Both the position numbers and the translations under genes were made by a program. Positions 17,562 through 24,722 of a DNA stretch of 64,000 nt are shown here, piece by piece. Each line of letters starts with the position of its first letter. The stretch's first letter is position 1. The notes under the pieces are model-generated. The model saw only the letters and a list, made by a program, of their open reading frames with translations, made no database searches and was not told the origin of the DNA. The DNA lies in the IMG/VR virus record IMGVR_UViG_3300027563_000599; one strand, written 5' to 3'. The stretch is from an uncultured virus (IMG/VR IMGVR_UViG_3300027563_000599) (lineage: Duplodnaviria > Heunggongvirae > Uroviricota > Caudoviricetes).

Positions 17562-17623
17562 GAGAGCCACATCGCCTGGACACTTCCCTCTTTGAGGCAC
17601 TAGGTCCTGCAACCGTGGCTCTC
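17562..17623 (+). ncRNA. Unidentified small structured RNA
   Basis: GAGAGCCAC/GTGGCTCTC 9-bp stem, GGAC/GTCC inner stem; followed by terminator-like CCCTGT/ACAGGG-TTTTT. Confidence 0.4.
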
Positions 17624-17684
17624 CTCCTTTAACACGGCCCTGTTCGGTTGCTTAACTGGACTGCTACAGGGTTTTTCTTTTCAT

Positions 17685-17759
17685 GCTCGATTCGTCTATC
17701 GGTTAGGACACCGGGTTTTCATCCCGGTAAGAGCGGTTCGATTCCGCTATCGAGTACCA
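17685..17759 (+). tRNA. tRNA-Glu(TTC)
   Basis: Loop TTTTCAT, ACCA. Confidence 0.9.
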
Positions 17760-17820
17760 AGTTTTGTTAGAGTGTCAGCAAGAGAAAGTCACGCTGTCTA
17801 GGTAAGTTCGAACTCAACAC

Positions 17821-17894
17821 GCCCTATTAGTATAATGGCATTACACCTGTTTTGTAATCAGGTTACGGCAGTTCGATTCTGTCATGGGGCACCA
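17821..17894 (+). tRNA. tRNA-Thr(TGT)
   Basis: Loop TTTGTAA, ACCA. Confidence 0.88.
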
Positions 17895-17902
17895 AGAATT
17901 AT

Positions 17903-17986
17903 GTGAGCGTGGTGGAATGGTATACACAGCAGACTTAAAATCTGCCGCCTTCGGGATTGAGGGTTCAAGTCCCTCCGCTCATACCA
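17903..17986 (+). tRNA. tRNA-Leu(TAA)
   Basis: Loop CTTAAAA, V arm, ACCA. Confidence 0.92.
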
Positions 17987-17992
17987 AGTTTA

Positions 17993-18078
17993 GGAGGTGC
18001 CGCCGTAATGGTATGGCAGCGGACTGTAACTCCGCCGGACTCAGGTCTCAATAGGTTCGATCCCTATCACCTCCACCA
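17993..18078 (+). tRNA. tRNA-Tyr(GTA)
   Basis: Loop CTGTAAC, V arm, ACCA. Confidence 0.9.
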
Positions 18079-18082
18079 GAAC

Positions 18083-18269
18083 GTTCTGTTTAATCAACAG
18101 ATAGTGCGACCCGCACGATGAGAAGTGGTGTGATAGCCACGGGTGGTAGTCTTTGAACCGAAAGGCCGCTGGCAATGCGATAACGGTTCCTGTCGGGAAG
18201 CGGGTGGAAGGTATGTGTGATGACTCCAAAGGTCTGATGTACTACAATTACCGCCGGGGGATGCAGAGC
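18083..18269 (+). ncRNA. Unidentified structured RNA (about 190 nt), possibly pseudoknotted
   Basis: GTTCTGT/GCAGAGC ends; GGTGGTAGT/ATTACCGCC; crossing ACCCGC/GCGGGT. Confidence 0.5.
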
Positions 18270-18273
18270 ATAT

Positions 18274-18347
18274 GGGGGATTAGTTAAATGGGATAACGGT
18301 AGCTTTGCAAGCTTCAATTAAGAGTTCGATTCTCTTATCCTCCACCA
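18274..18347 (+). tRNA. tRNA-Ala(TGC)
   Basis: G3:U70, loop TTTGCAA, ACCA. Confidence 0.9.
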
Positions 18348-18351
18348 ATTT

Positions 18352-18426
18352 AGGCCTTTAGTAAAATGAATATTACACTGGGCTACGAACCCGGAAGTGG
18401 GAGTTTGATTCTCTCAGGGCCTACCA
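18352..18426 (+). tRNA. tRNA-Arg(ACG)
   Basis: Loop CTACGAA, ACCA. Confidence 0.85.
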
Positions 18427-18447
18427 ATTTAAAACAAAGGAAACTTT

Positions 18448-18594
18448 ATGAAGAAACGTAAACCGATCGTGCGCGAACGTAACTGCTTCGTTCGTCTTGC
18501 ACTGTTCCGCAAAGCAGGTGCGCATCGCAAGAGCAACAAGGCTCTACGACGAGCACAAAAACAAAACCCATTAGGGGGTGAAACTTTAAGGTGA
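18448..18594 (+). CDS. Small basic protein, candidate ribosome-rescue (ArfA-like) factor; stop codon inside tRNA-Lys
   Basis: AAAGGA SD; MKKRKPIVRERNCFVRLALFRKAGAHRKSNKALRRAQKQNPLGGETLR*. Confidence 0.6.
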   Translation: MKKRKPIVRERNCFVRLALFRKAGAHRKSNKALRRAQKQNPLGGETLR

Positions 18595-18647
18595 AGTAAC
18601 TGGCTTTTAACCAGTAAAACTCGGATCGTTCCCGAGCACCCCTACCA
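18574..18647 (+). tRNA. tRNA-Lys(TTT)
   Basis: ACTGG-CTTTTAA-CCAGT, ACCA; atypical T-loop ATCGTTC. Confidence 0.82.
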
Positions 18648-18751
18648 TATAAAAACATATTCAAATGCTTAGGCCAGGCAGATGTAGCGGATTACAGCTC
18701 GACGACATGTTGGGTGGGCAGGTTCAATTCCTGCGGAGTATGTTTCTATAT
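18648..18751 (+). ncRNA. tRNA-like RNA with T-arm and extended terminal stem
   Basis: GCAGG-TTCAATT-CCTGC; closing stem 18644-18662/18736-18754; no CCA end. Confidence 0.45.
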
Positions 18752-18827
18752 GGTAATATAGCATAGTGGCTAATGCAGTTGCTTCATACGCAGCCTATCG
18801 TTGGTTCGAGTCCAACTATTACCACCA
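18752..18827 (+). tRNA. tRNA-Met(CAT), elongator (or Ile2)
   Basis: Loop TTCATAC, ACCA. Confidence 0.85.
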
Positions 18828-18841
18828 CGGTAACATTTTGT

Positions 18842-18915
18842 TGGGGGTTAGTGTAGCGGTAACACTACAGACTTTGACTCTGTCATCACTGGTTCGATCC
18901 CAGTACCCTCTGCCA
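18842..18915 (+). tRNA. tRNA-Gln(TTG)
   Basis: Loop CTTTGAC, GCCA. Confidence 0.88.
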
Positions 18916-18918
18916 ATT

Positions 18919-18993
18919 CTCGCCTTAGTATAATGGATAATACAAAGAGCTTCTACCTCTTGAATGTGGGTTCGATTCCTGCAGGCGAGGCCA
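18919..18993 (+). tRNA. tRNA-Arg(TCT)
   Basis: Loop CTTCTAC, GCCA. Confidence 0.88.
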
Positions 18994-19033
18994 CAATACT
19001 CAATTGACGATGATATCGTCAAATAAATAGAGG

Positions 19034-19927
19034 ATGATAAGATTATTTTTTGTTGCAGGTTCAAGAATTGCAGATTCAATACTTACCTTAAAGTTTGATC
19101 ACTTTCTTGACCCACAACCTGACCAAACATACATTTGTTTTGGCCCAGACCATAATCGAGAACCAATTGATCTGTTACAGATTTACCGAGATCATGGCAT
19201 TGATACTTCAAACATGACTGTTGTTTTTGACCAGCAATTGATGGAACGACAGTTGCTTCCAGAGTTTGACTATTACCAATTCTCAGGATGGATAGCCCAG
19301 CAATTTTTTAAATTACTGGCACTGGATCAAGTCAACAGCGACCGTGTGTTGATTCAAGATTGTGATACGTTTTCGTTGACGCCTTATCGATATTTTGATG
19401 GGTCAACCCCAAGGTATTACGTGATAGAAAATACCACACACAGTTTAGAATATTATCAATACGTAAAAAAGTTCACAGGGCAGGAACGTCAAACCAGTCA
19501 TTGTTTTGTCACAGAATTTATGCCTGTGCTAAAGAAAGACTGGGTGGCACTGAAAAATCACATAGAACAAACATACGGATGTAATTGGTTACTGGCCATG
19601 GCACAGGTGTTTTCCGCTGATGTCAATGCTAGTCCCGACAATTCTCCTCCAATTTGGTTTAGCGAATATGAACTTTTGGGCAATCTAGGGTTACAAAAAA
19701 ACCCCGATGCTGAATTTCAATTTCAAAATCGATTAAGCATTTATGATGACACCACTGGTTACTGGAAACAGCATGCTGACCACTATACCATTGAAGAATT
19801 TTTAAAACTAGATAATATTGACAAGTTTAACTGTGTTTGTATAAAATCAAGCACAGCAGTGGAAGAAGAACACCTGGTTCCAATTTTGAATTCAATTGTG
19901 TCTTGGAGTTCTCCACTCAACAAATAA
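19034..19927 (+). CDS. Hypothetical glycosyltransferase-like protein (DUF6492-like)
   Basis: GWIAQQFFKL, DCD, FSEYELLG motifs. Confidence 0.55.
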   Translation: MIRLFFVAGSRIADSILTLKFDHFLDPQPDQTYICFGPDHNREPIDLLQIYRDHGIDTSNMTVVFDQQLMERQLLPEFDYYQFSGWIAQQFFKLLALDQVNSDRVLIQDCDTFSLTPYRYFDGSTPRYYVIENTTHSLEYYQYVKKFTGQERQTSHCFVTEFMPVLKKDWVALKNHIEQTYGCNWLLAMAQVFSADVNASPDNSPPIWFSEYELLGNLGLQKNPDAEFQFQNRLSIYDDTTGYWKQHADHYTIEEFLKLDNIDKFNCVCIKSSTAVEEEHLVPILNSIVSWSSPLNK

Positions 19928-19928
19928 T

Positions 19929-20004
19929 GGAGTTGTTAGTGTAACGGTCAACACCACGGATTGTGATTCCGTTAATACGGGTTCGATTCCCGTACGACTC
20001 CCCA
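19929..20004 (+). tRNA. tRNA-His(GTG)
   Basis: G-1:C73, loop TTGTGAT. Confidence 0.9.
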
Positions 20005-20008
20005 GACT

Positions 20009-20083
20009 GGTTTCTTAGTTCAGCGGTAGAACGCTTGGTCGACATCCAAGAGGTCACTGGTTCGACCCCAGTAGGAACCACCA
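20009..20083 (+). tRNA. tRNA-Val(GAC)
   Basis: Loop TCGACAT, ACCA. Confidence 0.88.
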
Positions 20084-20085
20084 TT

Positions 20086-20159
20086 GCTCTTGTAGTTAAG
20101 TGGCATAACGGCTCCATGGTAAGGAGCAGTCGACAGTTCGATTCTGTACTTGAGCACCA
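20086..20159 (+). tRNA. tRNA-Thr(GGT)
   Basis: Loop ATGGTAA, ACCA. Confidence 0.82.
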
Positions 20160-20212
20160 AATTATCTGCAGACAAGAGATAGCAATAAATATTTTACACA
20201 ACAAGGACTCCA

Positions 20213-20371
20213 ATGAGATCAACATCAACATTCAAACTGGCCAAGCGAACAAAAACATTGCTGGCATTGCTAAAGTTTAAAGATCAACACGATCGCAACG
20301 AGTTCAAGCGAGCCATGATTGATGCACAGTTGTCGGCCGCAGTGCCGCAGTCGTTCAAAGAACGCAAGTAA
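20213..20371 (+). CDS. Small hypothetical protein (52 aa)
   Basis: ATAAATA motif and AAGGA SD; MRSTSTFKLAKRTK...AMIDAQL. Confidence 0.6.
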   Translation: MRSTSTFKLAKRTKTLLALLKFKDQHDRNEFKRAMIDAQLSAAVPQSFKERK

Positions 20372-20378
20372 AAAATAT

Positions 20379-20454
20379 TCCCCAGTAGCACAGCGGTAGT
20401 TGCACTTGACTGTTAATCAAGGTGTCCGTGGTTCGATCCCACGCTGGGGAGCCA
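20379..20454 (+). tRNA. tRNA-Asn(GTT)
   Basis: Loop CTGTTAA, GCCA. Confidence 0.92.
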
Positions 20455-20463
20455 AATTATTGT

Positions 20464-20546
20464 GGGCAAGTGGTGTAATGGTAGCCACGCTGGTCTTAGA
20501 AGCCAGTGCCTAGTGCGTGAGAGTTCGAGTCTCTCCTTGCCCACCA
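20464..20546 (+). tRNA. tRNA-Leu(TAG)
   Basis: Loop CTTAGAA, V arm, ACCA. Confidence 0.9.
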
Positions 20547-20559
20547 CATGTTAGTAGAT

Positions 20560-20633
20560 GCGGGATTAGTTTAATGGTCAAACGAAACCTTGCCAAGGTT
20601 TAGTCAGGAGTTCGATTCTCCTATCCCGCTCCA
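20560..20633 (+). tRNA. tRNA-Gly(GCC)
   Basis: Loop TTGCCAA, TCCA. Confidence 0.9.
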
Positions 20634-20651
20634 ATTATTAGAGACAACGAT

Positions 20652-21152
20652 ATGAAAAAGCTCAATCTAGAAGAAGTCAAGGCTTTTATCGAAGAACAAA
20701 CCCCAGAAACAAAAATCTACCTGGGCTGTGACAGTGAACGTGTTCGAGTCAACGGCGTTTGGTATGCCGACTATGTGTTGGCCATTGTGGTACACATCAA
20801 CGGCAACAACGGTTGCAAACTGTTTGGTGAAGTGCAACGTGAACGTGACTATGATCAAAAAACTTCACAGCCACGCATGCGGCTTATGACCGAAGTGTAC
20901 AAGGTGTCAGAACTGTATCTACGCCTAGGCGAAGTGTTGGAACATCGTCCTGTTGAAGTTCACTTGGACATCAACCCCAACGACCAATTCGGATCCAGCT
21001 GTGTGATATCTCAAGCAGTGGGCTACATCAAAGGTACCTGCAATGTGACACCACTGGTCAAACCCGATGCATTTGCTGCCAGCTATGCCGCAGATCGATT
21101 CAGAGGTCTGGGCACTGCACAACAGCGCAGTACGGTTAACAGTCGCAGATGA
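20652..21152 (+). CDS. RNase H-like YkuK family protein
   Basis: IYLGCDS, RLMTEV, EVHLDIN, KPDAFAASYAAD. Confidence 0.75.
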   Translation: MKKLNLEEVKAFIEEQTPETKIYLGCDSERVRVNGVWYADYVLAIVVHINGNNGCKLFGEVQRERDYDQKTSQPRMRLMTEVYKVSELYLRLGEVLEHRPVEVHLDINPNDQFGSSCVISQAVGYIKGTCNVTPLVKPDAFAASYAADRFRGLGTAQQRSTVNSRR

Positions 21153-21169
21153 TTTGGACAACTGCAGAG

Positions 21170-21198
21170 TTGACAGTCAACCCTGCGAGTGTTATAAT
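21170..21198 (+). promoter_or_regulatory. sigma70-type promoter
   Basis: TTGACA-N17-TATAAT with extended -10 TG. Confidence 0.7.
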
Positions 21199-21206
21199 AC
21201 AGAATA

Positions 21207-21296
21207 GGAAGCGTGTCCGAGTGGCCGATGGAACTGGTCTACTAAACCAGCATACGAGTAATCGTATCGTGAGTTCGAATCTCACCGCTTCCGCCA
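21207..21296 (+). tRNA. tRNA-Ser(ACT)
   Basis: Canonical Ser body (long V arm, G73), loop CTACTAA. Confidence 0.85.
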
Positions 21297-21297
21297 A

Positions 21298-21861
21298 TCC
21301 CGGTTTACTGTTTTTACGTTATAAAACAGCGTCCCTGAAACGATAGAACAGGGGGTACACTAGGACCTGACCTTACAGTCTCCTGTTCGGAGATACTGAA
21401 AACTGCCTAGGGTGAGGAACGCTAACCTTTACCATAAGAACAAATACGTAGACGGAGTAGTCAGCCCGGTCCGGGGCTCCTGTGGTGGGAGTAGCCGGAC
21501 ACTTTATTGAAGCACATACTGATTCGCGGGTGGATACCCCGAGATAGCCAGATCCAGGTTGAAGAACGGTTTAAGTGTGTTTCAATAAAGTGTTTTTGGC
21601 AGTAGGCCTTTGGCAACTGCCCGGAGAAGAGAAAGAGACGAGAGCTGACACCCATTATCGCTTCATGCGACGATGAACAAACTCTGGCCGGCGCCTTGAA
21701 AACGCCTCGTGCTTGTGTGAACTGGTCTTTATCTATCAACTTTGTGATTTGCTAACCAGACATATGCAGGTCTCTGTGCTTTGTGCATTGTGACTTGTGA
21801 GAGATTGAGAGATCAATCTCACTGTTATTTGTCCAGTTGGTCACTTGCTTTCTTGACTTCG
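21298..21861 (+). ncRNA. Series of unidentified structured RNAs
   Basis: About 560 nt without a credible ORF, dense in helices (see findings). Confidence 0.45.
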
Positions 21862-21898
21862 TTATTTTTTTGTTGTATAATTGATCAAAAGGAAATGT

Positions 21899-22468
21899 AT
21901 GAATATCAGTCTACGTAAAGCAAGTGCATTGCAGAACAGCATCAACGATGCTGTCAAAGGTATCGACCTTAAAGGTCAAGTCAGCTTGACAGAGTTCCAC
22001 GCTCCTGTGATGGAAATTGACAAGGCCACCGCAGAGTTTAAGGCCAATCTGGCCCGACGTGATGCTTTGGTGCGAGCTCTGTATGACATTCGTGCGCAGG
22101 TCAGTGCTGTCAACAGCCGTGTGGGCGTAGACGACAAGCTGACTCAGATTGCCTTTCTTGAAAAGCAGATTCAGAACTACACAGCATTGAGTGCAAATGA
22201 AGTTCGTGAACAAGAAGCAGTCGTGTTGGGCAAGTTGGACAAGATTAAAAACCGTAAAGAAGATACTCGCAGTATCTACGGTTTTGAAAGCACAGTGACC
22301 ACCACAGTGTTCACAGAAGCTGATATCAAAGGTTTCAAGGCCATTGTGACCAGTGCCAAAAAGGCCAAACAAAAATTGCAAGACGAAGTGTTGGAATTGA
22401 ATGTGCGCATAGACATTGCTCTGAGTGAGCAGACTGTGCAACATTTGACAGCAGAAGGTCTTTTGTAA
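21899..22468 (+). CDS. Hypothetical helical/coiled-coil protein
   Basis: AAAGGA SD; MNISLRKASALQ...KLQDEVLELN. Confidence 0.75.
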   Translation: MNISLRKASALQNSINDAVKGIDLKGQVSLTEFHAPVMEIDKATAEFKANLARRDALVRALYDIRAQVSAVNSRVGVDDKLTQIAFLEKQIQNYTALSANEVREQEAVVLGKLDKIKNRKEDTRSIYGFESTVTTTVFTEADIKGFKAIVTSAKKAKQKLQDEVLELNVRIDIALSEQTVQHLTAEGLL

Positions 22469-22475
22469 ACATTAT

Positions 22476-22550
22476 CGCGGGGTACGTCAGTGGTAGACCG
22501 CCAGGCTCATAACCTGGAAGCCGGAGGTTCGAGTCCTTCCCCCGCAACCA
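22476..22550 (+). tRNA. tRNA-fMet(CAT), initiator-like
   Basis: C1:A72 mismatch, loop CTCATAA. Confidence 0.85.
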
Positions 22551-22568
22551 TTATATAGGTAAAGTATT

Positions 22569-22643
22569 GCCCGATTAGCTCAGGGGTAGAGCAACCGCCT
22601 TGTAAGCGGTAGGTCGTCTGTTCGAATCAGACATTGGGCACCA
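22569..22643 (+). tRNA. tRNA-Thr(TGT), second copy
   Basis: Loop CTTGTAA, ACCA. Confidence 0.9.
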
Positions 22644-22649
22644 GTAATT

Positions 22650-22726
22650 CGGAGTGTGGCGCAGTCTGGTAGCGCACCTGGTTTGGGACCAGGGGGTCCA
22701 AGGTTCGAATCCTTGTACTCCGACCA
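22650..22726 (+). tRNA. tRNA-Pro(TGG)
   Basis: Loop TTTGGGA, ACCA. Confidence 0.93.
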
Positions 22727-22747
22727 ACTACAAATGAGTAAAACAGC

Positions 22748-23152
22748 ATGTATACAGATCTAATGGCCAGTGAGTTAATGTTAGCAAAAGTGCGAGGAAG
22801 CAATATCTACGCACAGAATCTCTATGCAGCCATGTGCAACAACGAGTTCCAGCGACTGGATGTGATGGACATTCTACGCGACCAGCGTTGGAGTTGCAGT
22901 TGGCGCAGTGCCGGCGGAATTGTGGCCGAAATGCGTGATTGTAACGAAGACTACCTGGACTACTATTGCAGTGGAATACGCGGTAGTACAGATCTCAGTG
23001 CTGAAGAATTTGCTATGATGGATCCAGATCAGCAGATACGACACAAAGAACTCTTAGCATTTGTATCAGAAACTGTGGTTACCGACGAGATTGAAGAGGA
23101 TCTACGTAGTATAGGGTGGGTAGTAGTGGAAACAACCGAAATAGACTTTTGA
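22748..23152 (+). CDS. Hypothetical phage protein
   Basis: YAQNLYAAMCNN..WSCSWRSAGG. Confidence 0.7.
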   Translation: MYTDLMASELMLAKVRGSNIYAQNLYAAMCNNEFQRLDVMDILRDQRWSCSWRSAGGIVAEMRDCNEDYLDYYCSGIRGSTDLSAEEFAMMDPDQQIRHKELLAFVSETVVTDEIEEDLRSIGWVVVETTEIDF

Positions 23153-23174
23153 GCTGTTTCTGCGTAAATACTAG

Positions 23175-23942
23175 ATGCAGAAAACTTATCGCTCTATTTT
23201 TATTAGTGATGTACACCTTGGCACCAGAGATAGTCAAGCGGATAAGTTAAACAATTTTCTCAAACACAATACCTGCGAAACATTGTACCTTGTAGGCGAC
23301 ATTCTAGACATTTGGAAGATACAGCAAAACAAGTGGCGCTGGAAACAAAGCCACACCAATGTGGTAAGACGCATACTGGGCTTTGCCAAACGTGGCACTA
23401 GAGTGATCTACGTGGCAGGCAATCATGATGAATTCCTAAGGCCCTTGATGCCGTATGGTATTGGCTTTGGCAACATTGAAATAGCCAATCAGACGGAGCA
23501 TATAGGTGCAGACGGCAAACACTATCTAGTGACTCACGGCGACCTGTTTGATGGTATTACACGCCTAGCGCCTTGGCTAGCATTTTTAGGAGACAAAGCA
23601 TATGATATCATCCTTTCTATCAACACTAAGTTTAATTGGATTCGTCGCCGCATGGGTTTTGGGTACTTTAGCCTTAGCAAGTATCTTAAGCACAAGGTTA
23701 AAAAAGCAGTAGACTTCATCTTTCAGTTTGAAAAGAACCTAGTGGCCTACTGTAAGAAGCGTGGCTTTGATGGAGTGATCTGCGGGCACATACATCATGC
23801 AGAAATAAAAATCATAGATGGCATTGTGTATATGAATGACGGCGACTGGGTGGAATCATGCACTGCTCTGGTAGAGCATCACAACGGTCGTTGGGAAATA
23901 GTTACCTGGACTCAGGAGAAAGACGCTCATGCAACTCAGTGA
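23175..23942 (+). CDS. Metallophosphoesterase, UDP-2,3-diacylglucosamine hydrolase-like
   Basis: SDVHLG, GDILD, GNHD, HGD, GHIH, NDGDWVES. Confidence 0.88.
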   Translation: MQKTYRSIFISDVHLGTRDSQADKLNNFLKHNTCETLYLVGDILDIWKIQQNKWRWKQSHTNVVRRILGFAKRGTRVIYVAGNHDEFLRPLMPYGIGFGNIEIANQTEHIGADGKHYLVTHGDLFDGITRLAPWLAFLGDKAYDIILSINTKFNWIRRRMGFGYFSLSKYLKHKVKKAVDFIFQFEKNLVAYCKKRGFDGVICGHIHHAEIKIIDGIVYMNDGDWVESCTALVEHHNGRWEIVTWTQEKDAHATQ

Positions 23943-24639
23943 TAAAATTACCATTGTGGTGCCTTGTAAAAACGAGGAAAACTACATTGCACATTTGCTA
24001 ATGCACCTACGCCAACAATCCGTAGGCAATACTAGAATCATCATCGCCGACTGTTCTACAGATCGTACCAGAGAAGTTATTCAAGCAACAAAGGGCGATC
24101 TGAATGTGGAAATCATAGACGGCGGCCCGGTCAGTGTTGCAAAAAACAACGGTGCTGAACTAGCAACTACTCCTTACATCCTGTTCATTGATGCTGATGT
24201 TCGCTTCTTCAAACCCACAGTTATTCAAGATGCAGTTGACACACTGGAATCCAAAGACTTGGATCTTGTGGGATTGAACATCCGATGCTACGATAGAGAC
24301 CTTAGAGCCCGGATTGGATTTGGTATTTTCAACACAGTAAACCATGCATTGAAGTATTTTAGTCCATTTGCAGTGGGAGCATTCATGCTGACACGACGTG
24401 ATCGGTTTGAAGAATTTGGCGGATTCCCTCACAACTTTGTAACCAGCGAAGACTACTTCTTATCCCGCAAATATAAACCCAGCAAGTTTAGAATTGTACG
24501 ACATCACTGTGGCCAAGACAGTCGCAGATTTAAAAAGATGGGCTACATGGGCATGGCCCGATATCTAGTCAAGAACTTTGTGAACCGCAACAACGCAGCC
24601 TACTGGGACAAGTTAGAATCATCCAGATACTGGAGTTGA
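23929..24639 (+). CDS. Glycosyltransferase family 2
   Basis: VVPCKNEE, STDRT, DAD, GGF..ED. Confidence 0.88.
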   Translation: MQLSDKITIVVPCKNEENYIAHLLMHLRQQSVGNTRIIIADCSTDRTREVIQATKGDLNVEIIDGGPVSVAKNNGAELATTPYILFIDADVRFFKPTVIQDAVDTLESKDLDLVGLNIRCYDRDLRARIGFGIFNTVNHALKYFSPFAVGAFMLTRRDRFEEFGGFPHNFVTSEDYFLSRKYKPSKFRIVRHHCGQDSRRFKKMGYMGMARYLVKNFVNRNNAAYWDKLESSRYWS

Positions 24640-24722
24640 TGCTGGAACCCTGGCTCACTTGTATTTTTCAATCTTGCGTAAACTAGAGAATAAATAAATC
24701 TAACAACACAAAGGAAAATGCT

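Noticed and set aside
17562..17623. SAH riboswitch on the minus strand (GTTGCAGGAC..GTCCAGGC)
   Set aside because: Lacks the GAGGAGCG pseudoknot segment, is antisense to the array and has no downstream gene.
17765..17818. Possible additional tRNA (contains GTTCGAAC)
   Set aside because: Too short, no cloverleaf or CCA; at most a remnant.
21207..21296. Amber suppressor (CUA) reading of the loop CTACTAA, implying a recoded genome
   Set aside because: The 5-bp stem CTGGT/ACCAG places ACT at 34-36; genes are intact in the standard code and TAG/TGA act as stops.
16634..21739. Minus-strand and short ORFs called across the tRNA array (e.g. 16634-16864, 18041-18317, 18819-19079, 19917-20231, 21461-21739)
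   Set aside because: Shadows of tRNA or structured RNA sequence; no SD or protein-like features.
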